From: Torpedo marmorata
Taxonomy: Eukaryota
Length of the DNA: 64,000 bases
NCBI GenBank assembly: GCA_977017645.1
Contig: OZ360232.1
Span: forward strand, 40,734,001-40,798,000
Direction of reading: 5' to 3'
A model generated the notes under the pieces. That model saw nothing but the letters and a program-made list of their open reading frames with translations, had not been told where the DNA came from and searched no databases. Position numbers and translations under genes: made by a program. The number at the start of each line of letters is the position of its first letter. Position 1 is the first letter of the stretch. This document shows positions 13,690-25,133 of this stretch, in pieces.

Positions 13690-14276
13690 AGAGATTTTGG
13701 CACATTGGCTTTCATAAATCAAAGTATTGAGTATATGAGTTGGTATGTTATGGTGAAGTTGTATAAGACATTGGTGAGGCCAAATATAGAGTATTGTGTG
13801 CAGTTTTGGTCACCTAACTACAGGAAAGATATCGATAAGATTGAAAGTGTGCAGAGGAGATTTACTAGGATGTTGTCTTGATAAAGGGTTTCAGCTCTAA
13901 ACATCGACCATTCTTTTTCTCCTACTGATGCTGCTCAACTCTATGAGTTCCTCCAGCAGATTAAAGATGATTGTCTTCTCAAAGTTCAGGTTTATTGTAC
14001 CGTATACCAACATGCAGTAATAAAGTTCGCTTTGCAAGCAACCCAGCAAGACATCTCATACATAGCACAACAAGTAAGTCACAGTTTAGAATATTGAGTT
14101 ACAGAGAGAGATCTGTTGCTATAGAGCAAAGACAATGTAATTTTATTATTATGGTTCATTCAGGAGTCTGATAATGACAGAAAAATGAACTGTCCTTAAA
14201 TCTGGTGATGTGTGATCTCACAATTATGAATGGTCGTTTCCAAATAATAATCCTTTCAAGATTCAAGATTCAATTA

Positions 14277-14972
14277 CCGTATATTTTGGCGTATAAGTCG
14301 AGTCTTGAAACCCTCAAAAAGCACTCAAAAATCAGGGCTCGACTTATATGCTAGATACAAAAATTAGACCTTTAATTCAACTCAAAAAACCCTCAACGTA
14401 GATTCAGCGTATAGAACAACCCGGAAGCACCTCCCCACCGCTGGCGCCGCCATAACCCACCCAGACATTTTATAATTGTAGAGCCCGAGGTCCCCGCTCC
14501 TGCCCGGTAGGCCTAGGTCCCTGCTCATGCCCGGGAGCCTGAGGTTTCCGGTCCTGCCCGGGAGCCCGTGGTTCCTGCACCGAGCACACTTGGGCAGCAA
14601 GGCGACTTCTTCGATGCGGACAGCACCGCACCCGATGTTGAGAATGGAGTCGTCATCGCCGACTCCGGCTGCAGCCAATGCTGAAGACTTGGACCCAGCT
14701 CCATTTGGCATCTTCTTGGCCAGAAGCAAAGGTTTTATTTTACTGGTTTTTTTACTTGCTCGCTTAATTTACAGATTTGTTACTTGTCGATTGGGGTGTT
14801 GTAACAAAGTTTGGGTTGTTGCTGGGAGGCCCGGACACCAGTCTCCGGCACACTCCTTGCAGAAAATTGGGGGGTCGACTTATACGCCCGACATATGATA
14901 AAACCATGAATATGAGGCTGAAAATGGGGACCCGACTTATCTGAAGGTCGACTTATACGCCAAAATATACTG
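14277..14972. mobile_element. Non-autonomous pogo/Tigger-type (Tc1-mariner superfamily) DNA transposon / MITE
   Basis: 25-bp TIRs CCGTATATTTTGGCGTATAAGTCGA / TCGACTTATACGCCAAAATATACTG and a TA TSD on both sides. It sits in the tail of the GC-rich element. Confidence 0.9.
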
Positions 14973-15760
14973 TAATTGTCATGTAATAAAGACAGTGCAA
15001 TATTACATGGAATTTGCTTTAGTCTGCCGTAAGGCAGACAGATTTGCCATTTGCAGAATTGCCTGAAGCACCTCTTACAGTCAGAGAAAGAGAAGCAAAA
15101 GAGAGGCCCCTCAGGGTCACTGATTTTCCGTGGATTCGCCTCCAGGGATTCTGCAGCCACAGAGTCCAGTCCAAATCATCAGCAGCCCGAGCTCCAGATC
15201 TGAACAACACAAGCAGGAACCCTTCAGCACCCTTTTGCATCCCAGTTCCGATACCTGGTACCCCTTCAGCCAGTCTTGAGCCAGTTTCCAGCAGTCCGCA
15301 GCCCGGTGTGAATCCCTCAACCACAGTTGCCAGCAGTTGCACCCTGCATGGGTTCCTTGCCATGAGTCACCAAACGTCTGCGGCCTGTTTGTTTCTTCAA
15401 CTGCAAAGGACCTCACTGGTCCGCCGCTGTGGTCGCAGTCCCCTGGGTCATCTCCTCTGCTTCTCCTTCTCAAACAAATGTTCTCCCCATTTTCTGGTGC
15501 CCTGTGCCAGTCCTCTGTTTCCCCGGCGTCTGCAACCCCTCGTGGCTGCTGCCGACCAGAGGCGCCACCACTTTGGGCACAGAATTTTTAAATAAAACCA
15601 CCGTCGGCTCCATTTAAAGCCTGTACAGAGCTAACGGCAGTCGGACTGGACAGTTGGACCCCATCAGAAGCGCTGTGTCTCCACTCCCTGCTCTCTGCAG
15701 GTCCGCACTAGCGGCAGCGCTGCCATTACAGCAGCTCTGGCAGCGCCGCCATCTTCCTCA
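14973..15760 (-). mobile_element. GC-rich non-autonomous retroelement, near full length
   Basis: Reverse complement of the 51786-52639 family. The 5' end is AAGATGGCGGC (15745-15755). The tail continues at 14255-14276 beyond the MITE. Confidence 0.75.
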
Positions 15761-16039
15761 ATTTGCTCCTCCTGGTTCGTGTCAGAACAATGACCTCTGA
15801 TCATTGGACAAGTGTTGTATGGCTTGACTTTTTGGAGAAACGTTGGTGCTGAAAGTCCATGGCAACTGGCTATAAAGAAGTACCTTGACACAAATAATTC
15901 CTGCTAATCAGCTTCAGGGGACAATAAAAATTGCATACGCACACAATTAACATTTAAGATTAATGGACCTCTAAGTGGCATGCTTTGTGCCTCAGGGCTG
16001 TTATTGTATTTTACAGCCATTAGCATTGCATCAATTTGC

Positions 16040-16715
16040 AACAAATTGAAATATTGTCTTTAAATTGACTTTTAGACAACCAAAGTTCTGAACATGGGTG
16101 CTTTGACGAATCGCGAGATAATGCAGCAAATAACTCAGCAATCTGTTCCTGTATTATTTTATGTTTGCCTTTTAAAAAAAACTGCAGCCTCTTTTAGAGG
16201 CTGATTTCAGCTCTTGACTCAGATTTTAGATTTAAGGTCAGAGTACATACATGACATCACATACAACTCTGAGATTTTTTTTCCTGCGGGCGAGGCAGAA
16301 TTACCACTTATTGGTAGTGCAAGAAAAAAAAACTGTACACAATGTACACATGTAAACAAATAAAGAAATGTAAACAAACTGACTGTGCAATACAGAGAGG
16401 AAAAAAAATCAATGAAGTGCAAAGGTAAGAGTCCTTAAATGACTCCCTGATTGAATTTATTGTTGAGGGGTAGCAGCTGTTCCCGAACCTGGTGGTGTGA
16501 GTCTTGTGGCACCTATACCTCTTTCCTGATGTTAGCAGCGAGAACAGAGCGTGTGCTGGGTGGTGTGGATCCTTGATGATTGCTGCTGCTCTCCAACGGC
16601 AGCGTTCCCTGTAGATGTTCTCTTTGGGATAAGTGAGCGTATGAAGGAAAAACGCAGAAATGCTGGAGGAACTCAGCAGGTTTCCAGCGTCCATAGGAGG
16701 TAAAGATATATTCTT
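16040..16715 (+). repeat. Direct repeat copy 1 (~675 bp: unique DNA, Rex1-like tail, pLTR piece)
   Basis: Near-identical to 20694-21358, differing by a handful of substitutions and one 11-bp indel. Confidence 0.95.
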
Positions 16716-19700
16716 TTTTTTTTATTATTTTATTTAAATTTTTAAATCACAAAATACATGAGATAAGATATAAAATTATCAAAATACATGTGATACATTT
16801 TCACCCCCCCCACCCTCCCTCCCCTCCCCAACCCCCCCATCCCCACTAATCTAATAAAAAAAATAAAAATTTAAAGTAAAATAGAAAAAAGAAAGAAAGA
16901 AAAGAATAGAATAAGGGGAATACCTTCTAAACTAATTCTATTATGGAGGTCAAATATGCCAGCAGATCCGATATCCAGAGATCTTCAAATCTTTAAACAC
17001 ACGGCTCTCATATATGGGCTCCAAATTTTCCAAAAAAAAATGATATTTATTACGTAAATTATAAGTAATTTTTTCCAGTGGTATACACGAACGAAGCTCT
17101 GCATGCCATCTTTCTAATTCTAAATCTAAATCAGATTTCCAAGTAATAGCAATGCATTTTTTTGAAACAGCTGAAGCAATTCGCAAAAATTCTACTTGAT
17201 ACATATTTAATTTCTTCTTAATACTAAATTTTTTAATATCTCCAAATAAAAATAACATAGGATCCATTGGAAACGTAATCTTAAATACTTTATCTAAAAT
17301 TTTTTTAACTTTCAGCCAAAAATCTTGAATTTTTGGACAAAACCATGTAGAATGAACCAAAGAACCTTCCTCTCTATTACATCTAAAACATAAGCCTGAT
17401 AATGTCGGATTAAATTTCTTTAGTTTTTTAGGTGTTAAGTATAATTGATGAAAAAAATTATATTGTACTAGTCTATATCTAACATTGATAATCTTCGTCA
17501 TACTTAACTTACATAAATCTTTCCAATGATTTTCATCTATATTTACATTTAAATCTAATTCCCATTTTAATCTTGATTTATGCAATCCTATTTTAGGCAT
17601 TTTCCTCTGAAACAATTTATACATTTGAGAAATGAATTTATTGACATCTCCATTAGTAACTAATAATTCTAACTCATTTTGTCTCGGAAAAATCAAAGCA
17701 TAACCTAATTAAAAAGGTATTAAGATGATTAATGATTGTTTTGAAGCTGGAAAATTTATCACGTTTCAAAGAATGAAAGATAAATTTAATATACCAGATA
17801 ATACATTTTTAGCTTATTATCAAGTTAAGGCTTTTTTAACTGAGAAATTAGGTCATGCTTTGATTTTACCAAGACAAAATGAATTAGAATTATTAGTTAC
17901 TAATGGAGAAGTTAATAAATTTATTTCTCAAATGTATAAATTGTTTCAGAGGAAAATGCCTAAAATAGGATTGCATAAATCAAGATTAAAATGGGAATTA
18001 GATTTAAATGTAAATATAGATGAAAATCATTGGAAAGATTTATGTAAGTTAAGTATGACGAAAATTATTAATGTTAGATATAGATTAGTACAATATAATT
18101 TCTTTCATCAATTATATTTAACACCTAAAAAATTAAAGAAATTTAATCCGACATTGTCAGGATTATGTTTTAGATGCAATAATGAGGAAGGTTCTTTTGT
18201 TCATTCTACATGGTTTTGTCCAAAGATTCAAGATTTTTGGGTGAAAGTTAAAAAAAATTTAGATAAAATATTTAATATTACATTTCCAATGGATCCTATG
18301 TTATTTTTATTTGGAGATATTAGAAAATTTACTATTAAAAAGAAATTAAATATGTTTCAAGTAGAATTTTTACGAATTGCTTTAACGGTGTCGAAAAAAT
18401 GCATTGCTATTACTTGGAAATCTGACTTAGATTTAGGATTAGAAAGATGGCATGCAGAGCTCCGTTCGTGTATACCACTGGAAAAAATTACTTATAATTT
18501 ACGTAATAAATATCATTTCTTTTTGAAAATTTGGAGCCCATATATGAGAGCTGTGGGTTTAAGGATTTGAAGATCTCTCGATATCGGATCTACTGGCATA
18601 CTTGACCTCCGTAATAGAATTAGTTTATAGATGATATTCCCCTTATTCTATCTTTTCCTTTCTTTCTTTTTTCTATTTTTATTTTTACTTTTACTTTATA
18701 TTACTAGATTAGTGGGGATGGGGGGGTTAGGGAGGGGAGGGAGGTGGGGGGGTGAAAATGTATCACATGTATTTTGACAATTTTATATTTTATTTTATGT
18801 ATTTTGTGATTTAAAAGTTTAAATAAAATAATTTTAAAAAAAAAGCATAACCTAATTTCTCAGTCAAAAAAGCTTTAACTTGATAATAAGCTAAACATGT
18901 ATTATCTAATATATTAAATTTATCTTTCATTCTTTGAAACGTAATAAATTTTCCAGCTTCAAAACAATCACTAATCTTCTTAATACCTTTTTGAAACCAA
19001 ATTTTAAGTAACTGATTATTAACAGTAAATGGTATAAGTCCATTTTGATATAATGGCGTATTTGAAGAAATCAATCCTTTTCCACCTATTTCTTTATCCG
19101 TCTTACCCCATATTTCTAACAAATGTTTAAGAATAGGAGAATTTTTCTTTCTTATTGATATTAATTTAGAATCCCATTTATAAATAATTTCTTCTTTAAA
19201 ATTTACTCCTATATTATTTAATTCTATTTTAATCCAAGCAGAAGATTTAGTTGAATCAAAAAATTCATTAACAAATTTTAATTGAGCTGCTTTATAATAA
19301 TTTTGAAAATTAGGAAGTTGCAATCCACCCATCTCATAATTCCAAGTTAATTTTTCCATACTTACTCTTGCTAACTTTCCTTTCCATAAAAATTTCCTAA
19401 TAATAAAATTTAAATCTTTTTAAAAATTTTGAGGAATTCCAAAAGGAATTGATTGAAAAAGATACTGAATTCTTGGAAAAATATTCATTTTAATACAATT
19501 TACTCTTCCCATTAAAGTTATGGGTAAAACTTTCCAATTCTCTAAATCTTTCTTTATTTTCACAAATCATGGTAGATAATTTAATTTATATAAATTTTCC
19601 AATTTTGTATCAAACTTAACTCCCAAATATTTAATTCCTTCTTTAGCCCATTTAAATTGTGTAATTTCTTTACATCTAGTATAATCACCTTGAGATAAAG

Positions 19701-20693
19701 CCATTATTTCACTTTTATCAGAAATAATTTTATATCCAGATATTTCACCATACTCTCTTAATATGATAGATAGTTGTTGAAGTGATGTAATAGATTTTGT
19801 CATATATATCAATACACCATCTGCCATCAAACTAATCTTATGTTCTTCCATACCAACTTTAATACCCACTATCTTAGGATCTTTTCTAACTAATTCAGCC
19901 AAAGGTTCTATCGCCAAAACAAATAAGGCTGGTGACAGAGGACATCCCTGTCTCGTAGAGCGTGTTAGAGAAAATTTTGGCGATATTTGTCCATTTGTAA
20001 TTACTTTAGCTGATGGTTCTTGATATATAGTTTTAATCCAATTTATAAATGTATTTCCAAAACCAAATTTTTCTAATACCTTAAATAAAAAATTCCATTC
20101 TAATCTATCAAATGCCTTTTCAGCGTCTAATGTTACAACTAATGGTAGATCTTGTTTCTTTTTATGCAAACTAATTAAAGTAATTAATCTAGCTATATTA
20201 TCTTTTGAATATCTATTTTTAATAAAACCAGCTTGATCTAGATGTATCAAATCTGGCAAATATTTAGCCATTCTGTTTGCTAAAATTTTTGCCATTATTT
20301 TATGGTCTACATTTAATAATGAAATAGGTCTATATGATTCCGTTTTTAATACATCCCTATCCTTCTTTGGTATAACTGTAATTATAGCATTTAAAAATGT
20401 TTTCGGTAATGAATGAGTTTCCGTAATTTGATCTAGTACTTCCATATATGGAGGTATTAATAAATCTTTAAATTCTTTATAAAATTCTGATGGAAACCCG
20501 TCATCACCCGGAGATTTACCACTCTTCAGCAAAGAAAAAACTTCACTAACTTCCCTCATTGTAAAAGGCAAATCTAAAGAATCTCTACTCTGAATGTTCA
20601 ATTTAGGTAGTGTGATTTTGGATAGGAATCTATTAATTTTAGAATCGTCTTGATCAATCTGCGATTTATATAAATTCTGATAATAATCTTTAA
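16716..20693 (-). mobile_element. 5'-truncated L1 (segments 16716-17710 and 18842-20693)
   Basis: Poly-T at the left end, G-rich 3' UTR, and ORF2 pieces 16950-17696, 18811-19359 and 19567-20733 with RT motifs. It is the same family as 5846-8820. Confidence 0.95.
17711..18841 (+). mobile_element. 5'-truncated L1 nested antisense in another L1
   Basis: ORF 17725-18570 (ORF2 C-terminus), 3' UTR and poly-A. The 16-bp TSD AAAGCATAACCTAATT is at 17695-17710 and 18842-18857. Confidence 0.95.
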
Positions 20694-21358
20694 AACAAAT
20701 TGAAATATTGTCTTTAAATTGACTTTTAGACAACCAAAGTTCTGAATATGGGTGCTTTGACGAATCGCGAGATAATGCAGCAAATAACTCAGCAATCTGT
20801 TCCTGTATTATTTTATGTTTGCCTTTAAAAAAAAACTGCAGCCTCTTTTAGAGGCTGATTTCAGCTCTTGACTCAGATTTTAGATTTAAGGTCAGAGTAC
20901 ATACATGACATCACATACAACTCTGAGTTTTTTTTTCCTGCGGGCGAGGCAGAATTACCACTTATTGGTAGTGCAAGAAAAAAAAACTGTACACAATGTA
21001 CACATGTAAACAAATAAAGAAATGTAAACAAACTGACTGTGCAATACAGAGAGGAAAAAAAATCAATGAAGTGCAAAGGTAAGAGTCCTTAAATGACTCC
21101 CTGATTGAATTTATTGTTGAGGGGTAGCAGCTGTTCCCAAACCTGGTGGTGTGAGTCTTGTGGCACCTATACCTCTTTCCTGATGGTAGCAGCGAGAACA
21201 GAGCGTGTGCTGGGTGGTGTGGATCCTTGATGATTGCTGCTGCTCTCCAACGGCAGCGTTCCCTGTAGATGTTCTCTTTGGGATAAGTGAACGTATGAAG
21301 GAAAAACGCAGAAATGCTGGAGGTTTCCAGCGTCCATAGGAGGTAAAGATATATTCTT
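20694..21358 (+). repeat. Direct repeat copy 2
   Basis: Matches 16040-16715 and then continues into the rest of the pLTR motif (GACGTTTCGGGCCTGAGCCC). Confidence 0.95.
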
Positions 21359-22119
21359 GACGTTTCGGGCCTGAGCCCTTCCTCCAGGTAAGAATATGAA
21401 GGAACTGTGTGCCTTTGCTGACTGAATCCTTCCCCATTTTTTTCATTTTTCATCTTTTCACAAAATAACAACAGATTTCTGAACTATCTGAGTGGAATCA
21501 TTTGCATTGCTTTTAAACACCGAAGTGGCACCATCTGATTCCAAGGCCAAGATACTGTTTGAATGCAAAAGGAAAGGGAGACTATTGGCAGTTCCCTGGG
21601 AACGAGTGGCCATCTGTGCTCATTACATCCATCCATTTATGTTCAATTTGATAACATAATCCCACAGGGAAGTTCTGCTGCCTAAACCCTTGGACTGTTC
21701 CTCAGAGGGTTACAGTACACCTCTCCTGGCTCTGAAAAAAAAAATCATCGACTATTTGCATGCATGAGTTGTTTTGGAAGGGAAGTCTTGGCAATGGTCC
21801 CTGACATGCAAGCACAGTGAATGTTCTGTGCCAAGTTCCTTCAGTGAAATAATTCGTTATGGAAGACTGGAATCAGCAAGAGCATCTGGTGAGCTCTGCA
21901 CTGGGAGTAGGGTGATCCAGCTAGACACACTCCCCTGCCCTCTCCCTTCAGGACTGCAAATTAATTCATTTCAAATAGGTATTCAACTTTACTTTGAATT
22001 TAATCTGCTTCCATTATTACCTGCGAATGGGCACTCCACTCCAGACCCCAGCCACTCACTGTCATGGGGTCATGGAACTTGACAGCACAGAAACTGATTG
22101 TTTTTATGCTTTTACAGAT

Positions 22120-23110
22120 ATGTTCCATTCTGTTCCAGATCATTACAGATGTGGGTAGAGGAATGGCAGATAGATTTAAATCTGGACTATTATGAGGTGC
22201 TGCATTTTGGGAGATTATATGTAAGGGGAATGTACCAAGCGACTTGTTGGCGAGGAATCCACACAGGCTGCGGGTTGCTGGCGATTTGAGGTCAACGGAC
22301 TCGCTGCTGGAGACTGGCTCATGAGAACCAGTTATCGTAACCAGGATTCGAGAGGATGCTGAGGGCAAGGAGAGCTCCCGAAGAGCCCTGGGTGTTGAAG
22401 GCTTCCTCATCATGTCGGAGATTTGGATCTGGGCTTGGGTTGCTGATGGTTTGAACTTAAGTGGAGTCTTGTGCGGCTGCAGAGGCGCTGGAGGCAAATC
22501 CATGGACACTCAGCGTCTCTGAAGGGAATCTCTTTTGCTTTTCTTTGACTGTAAGGTGCACCGGGCAATGCTAATGAAGAATCTTTGTCTGCCTTATAGC
22601 AGACTAAAGACAATTTTGTATAATATTACATTTCTGTTTTATTACATGACAATAAGTATCTGAGTTAATGGCAGAGCTCTTAATCTTTTTTAAATTTTAA
22701 ATTTAGACATACAGCACAGTAACAGGCCCTTTCAGACCACTAGCCCGTGCTGCCCAATTACACCCAATTGACCTACAACCCCTGTATGTTTTGAACGGTG
22801 GGATGAAACCGGAGCACCCGGAGGAAACCCACACAGACACAGGGAGAACGTACAAACTCCTTACAGACAGCGCAGGATTCGAACCCCGGTCCTGGTCGCT
22901 GGTGCTGTAACAGCGTTGCACTAACTGCTACGCTAACCGTGCCGTCACTTGATGTGCAGAGGTATTTGGGGATCCAGGCACATAGCTCACTGAAAGTAGC
23001 CATTCAAGTAGATAGGATGGTAGATAAAGTGTATGGTATGCTTGGCATCTTTGGGCTGGGTGTACAGTATACAGGTTTACAGAATAAAAGTAGGGAAGTC
23101 ATGCAAGTGT
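22120..23110 (+). mobile_element. Degenerate CR1 fragment carrying a GC-rich element (22238-22660, +) and a tRNA SINE (22695-22945, -)
   Basis: WVEEWQI...EVLHFGR precedes the inserts and LGIQAHSSLKVA follows them. The inserts match their families elsewhere in the window. Confidence 0.7.
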
Positions 23111-23624
23111 AACGGTGTAATCATACCCTCCTCCACCCCATGCTCTGCCAATTCTCTCCATGTAAGCAGCACCCTCCGCAAGAAAGCAATGCAATTTTGA
23201 TGGTCAGCACAGACCCAGTGGCCCTTGATCTGTGCTCTTATTGCTCTATGGCTCAGAGACTCTGAAAGAAAAAAAATCTTTCTTCCTTCAGACTGATCAA
23301 AATGTAGATCAGGATTTAATTTAACTTAGTGTCAAGCTCGAGGGCAGTGATGTTCAAGGGAATCCAGTCAACAGACGGACACTGTCTGAAACAATTTAGT
23401 TTGGGAGCTTTCCTCCTGAGAAACACAGACACCTTTATTCAGTTAGGCCTGGATGTGGGACGTTTGAGAAGATTTTAAACACGCCAGCCAATCAAACCAT
23501 CTTCAGATGTTGGCAGAATCACAGCAGAGAACAGTTACAGTGAGCTGACGACTTTGTTCACATTTCAGCCGAGGGACAGGGGTAAGTCGCTAAAGAATCC
23601 TTTAACAATTCATTCGTGGGAGAG

Positions 23625-23800
23625 ACAGGCGAACAAGAAAACCCGCAGATGCTGGGGTCCAGTGCAGGACACAACCATGCTAGAGAAACTTGGCAGGTCA
23701 CGTAGCGTCCAGGGGATGTGAAGGGCTGTCGTCGTTTCGGGCCTGAGCCCTTCATCAGACGTAGGATAGAAATGGGTCAGTATTGAAGACCAGGAGAGGG
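23625..23800 (-). mobile_element. Penelope-like pLTR fragment with hammerhead-like core
   Basis: The minus strand at 23731-23758 reads CTGATGA-A-GGGC-TCAG-GCCC-GAAACGAC. Confidence 0.7.
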
Positions 23801-23872
23801 GTTAAATGCGTTTTGCCTCAAATTTCTTTCAGAATTATACACATATCCTTCCGATTAAAATGGGTAACAGCT

Positions 23873-24560
23873 TGTTTTGTGTGGAGGAAACTTGGCCTCC
23901 CTGCCTGTCTGGAATGTGTGTATTGCGGGTGGCCACGTGTCCTCCCTGTCTGAAACTTATTCGGAAGTCACATCACCTGTCAATCAAGGTTGGATCCGGC
24001 CACCCATTAAGTGCACACCTTGCCGTTGGCTAATTTAAATCACCTAGGCTCATTATTGGCTAGAAGCACAGATTAGCACTGTACATAACACCAACACACA
24101 TCACATTCTTTCTCTCTGCCTCGTGGTCCAAGCCCCGGACATAACTCCATGCCAGGTCGCTACTGTGGACATCGCTGGAAGTGTCGCGGGTAAGGTGTGC
24201 ACTACACTGAAGCTAAGCCGTAGTATTGCGATAGATCAATACTTGCAGAGAGCCACACCCCAGTTGGTACAGGGAACCGGGTGTGTGTCAGAGTCCCTGT
24301 TTGTAGTGTGTGTACTCAAGTGTGTGAGCGTGTTGAGTATAGGTTCAATATTGTCGGAATCCAACCTAGGTCCGAGGTGAATGTCTATATCGTTGCTTAA
24401 GTGAAATAGTAATCGAGTACCGTTTAACGTTCTCCCCTGTTTGTCTCCCGTGTGTTAATTAAAGTTACGTGTGATTGTAACACTTGTGTCCAGACTCGTC
24501 TCTCTCTGAACCCACCGAACCCGATACTCTTCCCAACACGACGCAGCTCCAGTCATAATA
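23873..24560 (+). mobile_element. Probable solo LTR related to 12092-13689
   Basis: TGTT...CATAATA ends, shared TGTCAATCAAGGTT motif, and a similar layout with ATTAAA near the 3' end. No clean TSD was seen. Confidence 0.5.
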
Positions 24561-24825
24561 TTGTTGCACAGCACAAAAACAGGCCTTTCGGTCTATGCTG
24601 TTCAAACTCATCCTTTTGCTCAGATGCTCTATCCCCAACATATGAGGGAAGTATCCTTCCATGCATGGCCTATTGCCACTTCAAAAATAACTGTTTCTGA
24701 TTTCACCACCTCCTCTGGAAGTGTATTCTGGGCATCAAACATTTTCTGTGTCAAAAACGTATCCTTGTGATCCCCTTTCAAACTCCTCCTCACACCTCAG
24801 CACAACACTGTTACAATACGATATG

Positions 24826-25072
24826 GGTGGCATGGTTAGCGTAGCAATTAGCGCAAAGCTATTACAGCGCCAGCACCGGGGTTCGAATCCCGCGCTGTCT
24901 GTATGGAGTTTGTACGTTCTCCCCATGTTTGTGTGGGTTTCTTCTGGGTGCTCTGGTTTTTTCCCACCATCCAAAACGTACGGGGTTGTAGGTTAATTTG
25001 GGTGTAATTGGGCGGCAAGGGTTTAAATAGCTGGAATTGACTTCCACCGTGCTGTGAATAAAAAAAAAAAAA
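24826..25072 (+). mobile_element. tRNA-derived SINE copy
   Basis: A/B boxes (GGTTCGAATCC), family body and A-tail. Confidence 0.85.
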
Positions 25073-25133
25073 CCATTATTTTTGATAATCTCCCACTTAA
25101 AAAAAATATTTGAACTATCTCCCTCTCTATATA

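Larger units (their letters stand above)
11782..13876 (+). mobile_element. CR1 RT fragment (11782-12091 and ~13690-13876) split by LTR insertions
   Basis: WISKFADDTKIGG...WQMEFN before the break. FGTLAFINQSIEY...YCVQFWSP after it. Confidence 0.85.

Noticed and set aside
14382-15617. Short overlapping ORFs in GC-rich repeats (also 42483-43175 and 51894-52598)
   Set aside because: Frames are not conserved between copies and no domain is recognisable.
16716-18857. Single L1 with a twin-priming inversion
   Set aside because: Both parts have their own 3' UTR and poly-A, overlap in L1 coordinates and differ in sequence. The inner one has its own 16-bp TSD.
16040-21358. Paired LTRs around a pol gene
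   Set aside because: The repeats lack TG...CA ends and consist of unrelated host and TE fragments. The interior is L1 with a poly-A.
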